Positions 20,584 through 29,236 of a stretch of DNA of 64,000 bases are shown in pieces; the first letter of the stretch is position 1, and the number at the start of each line of letters is the position of its first letter. The notes beneath the pieces were generated by a model. That model saw only the letters and a program-made list of their open reading frames with translations. It was not told the DNA's origin and ran no database searches. This stretch comes from Xanthobacteraceae bacterium (lineage in GTDB: Bacteria; Pseudomonadota; Alphaproteobacteria; Rhizobiales; Xanthobacteraceae): contig JBPYFJ010000027.1 of assembly GCA_051985675.1 (NCBI GenBank), positions 613 to 64,612 on the forward strand, in the 5' to 3' direction. Position numbers and translations under genes: made by a program.

Positions 20584-20991
20584 GTGATGAAGCACATGAG
20601 AAACATGCCGGATCCCACAGTCAATGTCCGCTACATGGTAGATGATGTTGACGCTGCAGTTGCCTGGTACACGAGGCATCTTGGTTTTGAGGTTCTCTCA
20701 AATGCGGCTCCCGCGTTTGCCGATGTTCAGCGAGGAACTTTGCGACTGCTCCTGAGCGGTCCGAAAAGCTCGGCCGGTCGGCCCATGGCCGATGGTGAGC
20801 AGCCCAAGCCGGGTGGTTGGAATCGTATCCACTTCATTGTGGATGACCTGAAGGTTGAGGTCGCCAGGTTGCGTAGTGTGGGCGTGCACTTCCGAAACGA
20901 GATCGTCACAGGACCGGGCGGATCGCAAATTCTCCTGCAGGACCCCTCGGGAAATTTCATTGAATTGTTTGAGCCGGCTAGACCGAGGTAG
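20584..20991 (+). CDS. VOC (glyoxalase/bleomycin-resistance/dioxygenase) family protein
   Basis: 135 aa. VRYMVDDVDAAVAWYTRHLGFEV ... IHFIVDDL ... ILLQDPSGNFIELFE is the typical VOC fold pattern. Confidence 0.7.
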   Translation: MMKHMRNMPDPTVNVRYMVDDVDAAVAWYTRHLGFEVLSNAAPAFADVQRGTLRLLLSGPKSSAGRPMADGEQPKPGGWNRIHFIVDDLKVEVARLRSVGVHFRNEIVTGPGGSQILLQDPSGNFIELFEPARPR

Positions 20992-21161
20992 GCTTCGATT
21001 TGAATACTATGCCTTGATGTCCGCTTACCGGGGGCAAAGCAGACATTGGCAAGTGCCGCGGCTACCCGAATCGGCTCGGGCCGAGTGGCGGCTCCCGGGT
21101 AGCTGCTCTCCCAACCAGACAACCGGAACCGATTTGTTGGCGCCCTGTTGTTTCGTTTGAG

Positions 21162-22370
21162 GTGGCAGTTCCTGCAAGGCGCAGCAACACGGTAAATGGC
21201 ATGGAAGGGTTACGCGGTTCGCCCGCATTCACCTTCGTGTTGACGATGGGGGTCGTCAATCTGTTTGCGGACATCACCTACGAGGGTGGCGGCAGCATCA
21301 ACGGACAGTTCCTGGGAGCGCTTGGGGCAAGCGCCGTCATCGTCAGCATTACGGCCGGGGTGGGCGAGTTTCTCGGTTACGCGCTCCGATCTGTTTCCGG
21401 GTATGTCGCAGATCGCACCGGGCGATATTGGGCCATTACGTTCATCGGCTACGTCGTCAATCTAATCGCCGTTCCGCTGATGGCGCTTGCCGGTAGCTGG
21501 CAGATTGCGGCCGCCCTCATTGTTGCCGAGCGCATCGGCCGCGCCCTGCGTAAGCCGACCGTGGAAGCAATGCTCTCCTACACCACGCGCGAGTTAGGTG
21601 AAGGCTGGGTCTACGCCGTGAACAACGCACTGGACGAGACCGGTGCCACGCTCGGACCGCTGCTGATCGCGCTCGTTCTTCTCCTCAACGGCGACTACCG
21701 CCTCGGCTTCGCACTGCTGATCATTCCAGCCCTGTTGGCGCTGGCGTCTCTCGTCGCGGCCCGCATCCGCTTTCCGTTGCCTTCGAGCCTTGAGCAGGAC
21801 GCGGCGCCACGGGCGCGGGACTTCACGCCGACATATTGGCTCCACATGGCGGCGGGGGCGTGCTTCGCCGCCGGTCTTATGAGCTTTGAATTGATCTCCT
21901 ACCATCTATCGACGACCAAGGTCGTCGGCGAGCACTGGATCCCAGCTTTTCTCGCCATCTCCACTGCCTTGGGTGTCGGTGCGAGCCTTATTATGGGCAA
22001 GCTCTACGATCAAATCGGCCTGCCGGTTGTTCTGGTGGCGGTCGCCCTATCGTCACTATTCTCTCCGCTCGTGTTTTTCGGCGGCTTCTGGACGATCCTC
22101 ATCGGTCTGGTGTTGTGGGGAATCGGCTTCGCGACCCAGGATAGCTTGCTCAAGGCGGTGGTCGCGGGTGTCCTTCCCGAGGACCGACGCAATCTTGCCT
22201 TCGGACTGTTCTATGCAGGTTACGGGAGCGGCTGGCTCGTCGGCAGTATCGTGATGGGACTGCTTTACCAGCAATCGCGCGTGGCGCTGGTTGCGTTCGC
22301 GATCGCGGCTCAGCTCGCGTCGATACCGCTGTTCGTCTGGGCCAGACATGCGCATCGGGCATCTCGTTAG
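21162..22370 (+). CDS. MFS transporter
   Basis: About 12 predicted TM helices with Gly/Ala-rich loops. Start is ambiguous (GTG 21162 or ATG 21201). Confidence 0.75.
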   Translation: MAVPARRSNTVNGMEGLRGSPAFTFVLTMGVVNLFADITYEGGGSINGQFLGALGASAVIVSITAGVGEFLGYALRSVSGYVADRTGRYWAITFIGYVVNLIAVPLMALAGSWQIAAALIVAERIGRALRKPTVEAMLSYTTRELGEGWVYAVNNALDETGATLGPLLIALVLLLNGDYRLGFALLIIPALLALASLVAARIRFPLPSSLEQDAAPRARDFTPTYWLHMAAGACFAAGLMSFELISYHLSTTKVVGEHWIPAFLAISTALGVGASLIMGKLYDQIGLPVVLVAVALSSLFSPLVFFGGFWTILIGLVLWGIGFATQDSLLKAVVAGVLPEDRRNLAFGLFYAGYGSGWLVGSIVMGLLYQQSRVALVAFAIAAQLASIPLFVWARHAHRASR

Positions 22371-22414
22371 TCGAGACTGTTTGGCTTTGCGGCCATCCAA
22401 TAAGGAAGCTGGAG

Positions 22415-23833
22415 ATGGACACGTCAGCGGACCAGCATCACCAAGACTCAATGCGTTCCTGGACTAGTCGCCGCGAATTCCTGATCGGTGCCGGGGCGGC
22501 GGGTGCGGCGGCTGGTGCCGGCCTCGCCCGCGCCTACAGTCAGGCCGTCAATGCGGCGGACTACACGCTTCGCATGGCGCCGCTGCGGCTCGAACTCGCG
22601 CCCGGCAAGTCGATTGACACGTTCGCCTATAACGGCACGGTTCCGGGACCGCTTCTGCGCCTGCGCGAAGGGCAGCATGTCAACATCGATATCACCAACG
22701 AAACCGATATTGACGACATCATCCATTGGCACGGCCTCTACGTACCGTCGGTCGCCGATGGCGCGATGGAGGAAGGATCACCAATGGTCGAGCGCGGCGC
22801 CACCCGGCGCTATAGCTTCGCGGCGAAACCCTCGGGCACGCGCTGGTATCACAGCCACGATGTGGCGGGCACCGACCTGCGGCGCAGCCTGTACTCGGGA
22901 ATGTATGGTTTTCTGATCATCGAACCGGCCAGTAATCCCGGTCGTTATGATCAGGAAGTCCTGCTCGCAGCGCATCATTGGGAACCGCGCTGGGTCAGTA
23001 TGCAGGACATCCGCAAGGGGCCGCCCCCCGACAATGGCCTCGAAGTGCTGTACGCATCGGCCTCCTTCAACGACAAGATGCTAGGTCATGGTGCGCCGGT
23101 GCGGGTCCGCGAGGGGCAGCAGGTGTTGTTCAGATTGCTAAATGCGAGCCCGACCGAGAATGTCACGTTGGCGCTCGCGGGGCATCAGCTCACCGTCATC
23201 GCACTCGATGGAAATCCGGTACCGTCGCAGCGCACGGTCGACACCGTCTTTCTCGCGCCGGCCGAACGCGCCGATGTGATTGTCGACATGAATCGGCCCG
23301 GCGTCTGGATTTTCGGCGGCATCAAGGATGACGATCGCAAGATGGGTCTTGGCGTTGTCGTCGAATACGCGAACCAGACCGGCGACGCGCAATGGCTAGA
23401 CCCGCCCATCTCTGCCTGGGATTACACCATCTTTGGGGTTGATCGCTCCGTGCCTGCACCCGATCACCGCCTTGAGCTTTTGTTTGAAAAAGTCCCCGGT
23501 GGTCACGGCGGCTACAATCGCTGGACGCTCAACGGCCGCTCATGGCCTGCCACCAACCCGTTGCTGACGACCGAGGTCGGCAAACGCTATCGGCTCGTGA
23601 TGACCAACAAGAGCGGTGACAATCATCCAATCCATCTTCACCGGCATACGTTCGAGGTGACGAAGGTCGGAGATAAGGCGACCGCGGGGCCGATGAAAGA
23701 CACTATCAATATGACGCGGTTCAGCAGTGTTGAAATCGATTTCGTGGCCGACAATCCGGGACCATCGCTATTTCACTGCCATCATCAGGATCACCAAGAC
23801 GAAGGCTTTATGGGGCTTGTCACATATCTTTAG
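22415..23833 (+). CDS. Tat-exported three-domain multicopper oxidase (paralog of 18999-20450)
   Basis: SRREFLIGAG Tat motif. Cu motifs HWHG, WYHSH, HPIHLHRH, HCHHQDHQDEGFM. Roughly 40-45% identity by eye to the other oxidase. Confidence 0.85.
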   Translation: MDTSADQHHQDSMRSWTSRREFLIGAGAAGAAAGAGLARAYSQAVNAADYTLRMAPLRLELAPGKSIDTFAYNGTVPGPLLRLREGQHVNIDITNETDIDDIIHWHGLYVPSVADGAMEEGSPMVERGATRRYSFAAKPSGTRWYHSHDVAGTDLRRSLYSGMYGFLIIEPASNPGRYDQEVLLAAHHWEPRWVSMQDIRKGPPPDNGLEVLYASASFNDKMLGHGAPVRVREGQQVLFRLLNASPTENVTLALAGHQLTVIALDGNPVPSQRTVDTVFLAPAERADVIVDMNRPGVWIFGGIKDDDRKMGLGVVVEYANQTGDAQWLDPPISAWDYTIFGVDRSVPAPDHRLELLFEKVPGGHGGYNRWTLNGRSWPATNPLLTTEVGKRYRLVMTNKSGDNHPIHLHRHTFEVTKVGDKATAGPMKDTINMTRFSSVEIDFVADNPGPSLFHCHHQDHQDEGFMGLVTYL

Positions 23834-23928
23834 ATCGCTCCAGCCTGCCAGACATCGCGCAGCGGCGCCCAATCGAGAGTTTAATCTTGCGATGCCAGAT
23901 CAGCGAAGCCGCGAACTGAGCGGGCGGC

Positions 23929-24462
23929 CTACTGCATGTGGTGATGTTGCTGCACGGGAGCATTCGAATCGTAGCCCCGGAGCGATGAATACAGCTGCAT
24001 CTGATCGGGCGATAGGATTTGAGCTGTTTGAAGATGGTACTTAAGGTGGGCATTACGCAGATCGGCTTGTGTCGCGCCGATTTGTGCCGTCGTCGTTTTC
24101 AGGCTTTCCGGGGTTATCGAATGGCTGGCGAACTGGTGATCAAGATCCGCCTCTTCGGCAAGCAACTTGGCACCGATCGGGATGGCCTCCGCCTTCATGG
24201 AGTCAAACAGCTCTTGGACGCGGGCTCGCTGCTCAGCCGTCAGCCCAAGCTTGTCAGAGAGCTCGAGAACATGGCTCGGGCCCGGGAAGCCATTCAGCTC
24301 AGCCGGCAGTGCCAGGCCCATCCCGCGACCAGCCTTGAGGTCCGCGACTTGTTGCTCAGACAGGGCCTTGATGGGTCGCGTCTGCATCCCGGCGTAGGGC
24401 GATTGGGCGAGGGCCGATGAGGCCACAACGGACACAGCGAACACCACGGACAGCGATTTCAT
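23929..24462 (-). CDS. Periplasmic CpxP/Spy/ZraP-like helical protein with His-rich tail
   Basis: Signal MKSLSVVFAVSVVASSALA. Repeated L(T/S)xEQ helices (LSEQQVADLK, LTAEQRARVQELF, LSPDQMQLY). C-terminal QQHHHMQ. Confidence 0.6.
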   Translation of the reverse strand: MKSLSVVFAVSVVASSALAQSPYAGMQTRPIKALSEQQVADLKAGRGMGLALPAELNGFPGPSHVLELSDKLGLTAEQRARVQELFDSMKAEAIPIGAKLLAEEADLDHQFASHSITPESLKTTTAQIGATQADLRNAHLKYHLQTAQILSPDQMQLYSSLRGYDSNAPVQQHHHMQ

Positions 24463-24478
24463 GGAACCTCCATTAAGC

Positions 24479-24533
24479 GAATTAGGACACGCGCAAAATC
24501 AAATTATTAGGACAAGAGCTTCAGAATTAGGAC
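24479..24533. promoter_or_regulatory. Three direct ATTAGGAC repeats upstream of the CpxP/Spy-like gene
   Basis: ATTAGGAC occurs at 24481, 24506 and 24526 (spacing 25 and 20 nt) in an AT-rich stretch, 20-70 nt upstream of the minus-strand start at 24462. Confidence 0.3.
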
Positions 24534-24738
24534 GCTATCGCCAATTGTTGTCGCGCACAACGCGGCCGCCGCCGACGCGCGAGCTGCGCACGATAACCGC
24601 TCCCCTCGCGAGCGCGGCGAACTGGCCTCTTCGGCGCGGGCAAGAGCGTCGACGCCGACGCACCCGGGCTGAAGTTGCATCCGTAGACGAAAGCCATCAC
24701 GCTGCAGGGCCGCCGGTCCGGCGAATACGCCGGTTAGG

Positions 24739-25840
24739 CTACCGTTGGGGCTGTTGGACCCAGACCCCTCCCTGTCGCACCCACATGAAAGGATCGCCGA
24801 GCGGAACCGTAACGCGGCCCATGAACAGGTCGGTCGTGATGCGCTGGTTCGCCACGATCTGAAGTTGCGACGGCACGCCGAGCGTCGAGGTTTTGGTCCC
24901 GTAGTCGCCGTGCAGGTACTGGAAGCCCACTGTTGTCCCGCTGAACAAGGTGGGGTTTGCGCCGGTCTGAAAACCGACCAGCGGCAGCAGCGGGACGTTG
25001 ACCTCCCCGCCGATCACCGAGCCGGTGAGGGTCTTGCTGACCGACAGCGATTGCGCGGGAAGCCCATTGGTTCCGCACGCGCCGGGGGCCGTGCAGTCCA
25101 GCCTGAGAGATGCGTCTTGCCACGACACGCCGCCGTCGAAGGAGACCATGACCCCGAAGTTTCCGACGGGAATGACCGTGCCGATGCGACCGATCACATC
25201 GGTGCTCCCGCCGAACTTCACGGTCGCGCTGTCGTTTGCTGCGGCTGCGGATGTTGCAATCCCACCGGGACCGAAGGTGCCGGGGATGCCGGAGATCGCT
25301 TTGCTGCCGCTTCCGCCAAGGAACATGACTTCAACGCCGAGGAACACCGGCGCATTCAAGAGGGTAAGGACCTGCTGATTGAAGCCGATAAATCCACCCA
25401 CCACGGTGGCGCTGGGACTGAGCGTCGCCGTCGGGTTGGGTCTCGCATCGGCGGTCCCGGCGGAGATCTGCCCGCCGTTTTCAAAGAAGTCGGTGGCGTC
25501 TATCAAGCCGACCGTCCCGCCCGTGTAAAACCCGTCCTTGAACACCGGTCTCTGGAACGGTCTCTGGCATTTGGGGGAACGGCGGCACATACACTACCAG
25601 CGGCACGCCCTTGAAGCGCGCTTGCAAGGCTCTAAGTTGCGATGCCGCCTGGCTATAGGTCGCCCTGTCACACGCGTCCGCCGCCCGTTGCATCACCTGG
25701 GTCAGGTAGCCGCTTTGGTTTACGGCCTGCTGCTCTTCATAGCTCGGCCCCTGCGCCCAGCCCGGCTCAGCCGCAAGCAAGCTCACGACAAACAACGCCG
25801 CTGCGGCCGCGAGCCTGCGGCGAAGCATTGCACCACTCAT
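24739..25840 (-). pseudogene. Putative outer-membrane beta-barrel protein split by a frameshift (signal/N-domain ORF plus barrel ORF)
   Basis: The 25481-25840 ORF supplies the signal peptide (LFVVSLLAAEPGWAQG) and a PETVPETG linker. The overlapping 24739-25590 ORF has no signal but is beta-rich from PVFKDGFYTGGTVG onward. The frames switch near a 12-nt tandem duplication and a C5 run (25545-25580). Confidence 0.4.
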
Positions 25841-26204
25841 GACAGCCCCCCGGAGTCATGTGGTTTGCAGTTATCGGATTGCACTCGATGCGCGAACCGT
25901 AAATGCCTGCGGTAGCGGGGTAGGCGGGCTGCGAATCGCGCGTGCTGTTGTTGCTTGGCCACAAGCAACAGGTAATGGGCACGCGGTGGCTGCTTTGATC
26001 AAGGCGCATATCTAAAGGTGCGCCAGGTGTCGATCGAAGTTGCCCCACGCGCGGACAAGATCCGCTCAATTTCAACCGATGACTTTTGAGGAAACGAAGC
26101 AGATCGGCGCGAGCAACGCGACGCTATTCGCGGCCTTGCATGAAGACTAACATTCGCGCCCGGCGAAACTCTTGGATTTCGCCGGCGCAAAGACCGAGAC
26201 GAAC

Positions 26205-27497
26205 ATGTCCAGATTCTGTGTGACTGCCGCAGTCCTGATCACGTCGCCGTTTTGGGGCGGCGCGCTTGTCTCCTCCGCCGCCGCAGCCCCCTTGGAGCCG
26301 GTCGCCGCGCAGGCGGCGAAGGAAAAAGGGCCGTTCCTCGACACCTTAAAGGATCTCGTCTCGATCGAAACCGGCAGCGGCGACCGCGAGGGGCTCGACA
26401 AAATCTCCGCGTTGATCGCCGACAAGCTCAAGGCGCTCGGAGGCGAGGTTGAGTTCATGGAGCCGGATCCAACGAACATCTATCGGATGATCGATACGCC
26501 GAAGCAAATCGGCCGCATGGTACACGCGCGGTTTGTTGGCACCGGTACGAAGAAAATCATGCTGATCGCTCACATGGACACGGTCTATCTGCGCGGGATG
26601 CTGGCGAAGCAGCCGTTCCGTGTCGATGGCAATCGGGCCTATGGCCTGGGCATTTCCGACGACAAGCAGGGTATCGCGTTGATCCTGCATACGATCGCGA
26701 TGCTCAAAGGCATGGTCTTCCGCGACTATGGCCTCCTGACGGTGCTGATCAACGCCGACGAGGAGGTGAGTTCGGCCGGGTCGCGCACAACCATCACCAA
26801 TTTTGGCGCCGAACATGACGCGGTGTTTTCCTGCGAGGCCTCGCGGGTCGAGTCCGATCGGCTGTCGCTGACCACCGCCGGTATCGGGGCCGTTGTGCTC
26901 AACGTCCAGGGCCGCGCCTCGCATGCCGGCCAATCCCCCGAGAAAGGGCGCAACGCGCTCTACGAGCTCGCGCATCAGGTCCTGCAGACACGTGATCTCT
27001 CCGACCCCAAGATCGGCGTCAAGATGAACTGGACCATCGCCAGCGCCGGCACCAATCGCAATGTGATTCCGGCAACCGCATCGGCGACCGCCGACGTGCG
27101 GGTGCTGCGCGTGTCCGACTACGACGGGATCGAGCAGAAGGTGCGCGAACGTATCAAGAACCAGCTCATTTCCGATACCAAGGTTGAAATGACGTTCGAG
27201 CGCCGGCGCCCTCCCCTCGAGTTGAAACCGGCGCAGCAGGCTTTGGCCAGGCACGCGCAAACCGTCTATGCCGAGATCGGGAAGGAGCTGGTTGTTGGCG
27301 ACGTCGCCGAGGGGGGCGGCACCGATGCGGCCTTTGCGGCGCTCAAGAGCGCTGCACCCGTGATCGAAAGCTTCGGCGTGCGCGGCTTCGGGGCGCATTC
27401 GAACGACGCCGAGTACATCGACATCGATTCAATCGAGCCGCGGCTTTATCTGCTGACCCGCATGGTGATGGATGTGGCCCGGGGGAAGACGCAGTAA
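26205..27497 (+). CDS. Exported M20-family metallopeptidase, carboxypeptidase G2 (glutamate carboxypeptidase)-like
   Basis: Signal MSRFCVTAAVLITSPFWGGALVSSAAA. LIAHMDTVY, GISDDKQG and EE(V)SS metal-ligand motifs. Confidence 0.8.
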   Translation: MSRFCVTAAVLITSPFWGGALVSSAAAAPLEPVAAQAAKEKGPFLDTLKDLVSIETGSGDREGLDKISALIADKLKALGGEVEFMEPDPTNIYRMIDTPKQIGRMVHARFVGTGTKKIMLIAHMDTVYLRGMLAKQPFRVDGNRAYGLGISDDKQGIALILHTIAMLKGMVFRDYGLLTVLINADEEVSSAGSRTTITNFGAEHDAVFSCEASRVESDRLSLTTAGIGAVVLNVQGRASHAGQSPEKGRNALYELAHQVLQTRDLSDPKIGVKMNWTIASAGTNRNVIPATASATADVRVLRVSDYDGIEQKVRERIKNQLISDTKVEMTFERRRPPLELKPAQQALARHAQTVYAEIGKELVVGDVAEGGGTDAAFAALKSAAPVIESFGVRGFGAHSNDAEYIDIDSIEPRLYLLTRMVMDVARGKTQ

Positions 27498-27643
27498 GGA
27501 TCGCCTTTTGGACGCAATTTAGGACGAGCGCTCGGCCGCCAGGCGCCAGGCCTCTCCGGCCCGCAGCGCGGGCCGAACCGGCAAGCGCAGGGCGCGCTCC
27601 CTTTGAGACGACTGAAGACGCGGCTTTATCGGGGCAAAGGTTC

Positions 27644-27676
27644 ACCAACAAAAACCGGGGCGGAACGTTGCCCCGC
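27644..27676 (-). terminator. Rho-independent terminator for the minus-strand DUF4440-like gene
   Basis: The minus strand reads CGGGGCaacgttccGCCCCG followed by GTTTTTGTTGG, immediately after the stop at 27685. Confidence 0.5.
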
Positions 27677-27684
27677 ACCGACGC

Positions 27685-28142
27685 TTACCGCACCGGTGTC
27701 TCCTGATAGAGCACGCTCAACCAGTTGCCGTTGCGGCGCACATACGTACTCGACGACGGCACTTTCATGGTCGAGGCCTTCGCGTTCTTCATCCCGCTGG
27801 CGTAGCTCACGCGGTACAGCAAGGTGGCGACCTCCGGCGTCCAGACCTTGATGTCGGCATTCGGCTCGATGGTGAAGGTGTCCAGCTGAATGTACGGCAT
27901 CGCCTTGATGTACTCCGCCTTGGTAAAGCGCGTGCCATTGCCGAAGATCAGGACCGCGTCGTCGCCGAGATAGGTCTCCACAGCCGATACGTTGGTACCT
28001 TGAGGTACTGCCAGCTGGCCGCCTCGAGCTTCATCAGCTCGGCCAACAATGCCGCCTTGTCCGAAGGCTGCGCCATCGCCATCGGCGGACCGAACGCCAC
28101 GCCCAGGGCCGCACCGATGAGCAAACTCCGCCTGTCAATCAT
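27685..28142 (-). pseudogene. Exported DUF4440/SnoaL-like (NTF2 fold) protein with a single-base frameshift
   Basis: The 64-aa ORF (signal plus LEAASWQYLK) and the 98-aa ORF (TNVSAVETYLGDDAVLIFGNG...) join in frame if one G is added at CTCAAG(G)GTACC (about 27995-28000). Confidence 0.6.
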
Positions 28143-28494
28143 TGTCTGACTCCCAAGCCCCCTTCACCTGCAGGATCTATCCTATTTTACCGCATGCAGA
28201 AATGGGTCTCACGGCCGGCCGCTGTTCGCATCGGTGGCAGCGAACGCGCCCCACAGCAGCCGTCGATGAGGGAACGGTGAGCGAGCCGGCGGCGCAAGCC
28301 GTCGATTGTAGCCCGCCTGGACCGCCGCGCCCGCGCGTGCCGGTGTGCCCGGCAAGTTCAAACAACCTCCCCGCGACGCGTGTTATCCCCATGCCCCGGT
28401 AGCGGTCCCGCCGGACCGGCGCTAGGATTGAATTTGGGAACAGGCGCGGGCGAGCCCTTAGGGCGTGTGATAGTGCTGACTAAGGAACATTAGA

Positions 28495-28707
28495 ATGCGC
28501 CACCCGCAATATTATCTCGGCCGTGCCGACGAGACTCGCGTCATCGCCGAGGCCACGCTCGATCCTCATGCGCGCGATTTCTTGCTGAGCTGTGTCGCCG
28601 AATACGAACTGCTTGCCAAACTGGCGACAAAGCCCAAAGGCGAAGCGCTCGCCAAGTTGACCCAGGCTAATGGATTTGATCGCGGCAGGCGTCCGCGCAT
28701 GAACTAA
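28495..28707 (+). CDS. Hypothetical small protein
   Basis: 70-aa ORF with AAGGAA upstream. No family recognised. Confidence 0.3.
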   Translation: MRHPQYYLGRADETRVIAEATLDPHARDFLLSCVAEYELLAKLATKPKGEALAKLTQANGFDRGRRPRMN

Positions 28708-28738
28708 TAAACCAAAACAAACAACCAGGGAGGACGCA

Positions 28739-28978
28739 ATGCACTACAAGCCCAAAAGCGTTGCCGCGCTCCAGATCGCTCTTGGCGGGCTCCCGGAACG
28801 GATGCGGGTCGAATCGGAGCCCGACACGCACCTGTCGGCAAAGACCGTCGGCCAACTTCGCAAGCTCGACACGTGGCCAGACAATCTCGCCCTCACGGTG
28901 CCGGAGCAAGACCAGGCCTCCGGATGCGTGAAGGTCGGCAAGGCGAACACCAAAGGGCGCGTTTCGCCAAAACCTTGA
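28739..28978 (+). CDS. Hypothetical small protein
   Basis: 79-aa ORF with a strong GGGAGGA Shine-Dalgarno 5 nt upstream of the ATG. No family recognised. Confidence 0.35.
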   Translation: MHYKPKSVAALQIALGGLPERMRVESEPDTHLSAKTVGQLRKLDTWPDNLALTVPEQDQASGCVKVGKANTKGRVSPKP

Positions 28979-29236
28979 GCACGCCCGTAAGTTCAGTCGC
29001 CGAGTGCAGAAGCCTCCCGGATGCGGTCGAGGTGAGCGCCTCGCGCGGCACGTGCGCTTCGGGTCATTCCCGGCCGCAGGAACCGGTGCGCGTCAGCGCG
29101 CTGCGCGTCATGCTTGCATGAAGCGTGCGCCATGCTCGTATCCGTGATCAGGGTGCCATTGACTTTTACAGGTCGGCCACCATCCTCTTATCAATTTAGA
29201 TGTTAGTCATCATCTTACCACAACGGGCGGCGGGCG

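Noticed and set aside
25540-25585. Programmed ribosomal frameshift in the barrel-protein gene
   Set aside because: I see no X XXY YYZ slippery heptamer or downstream pseudoknot. A mutational or assembly indel in the duplicated or homopolymeric tract is more parsimonious.
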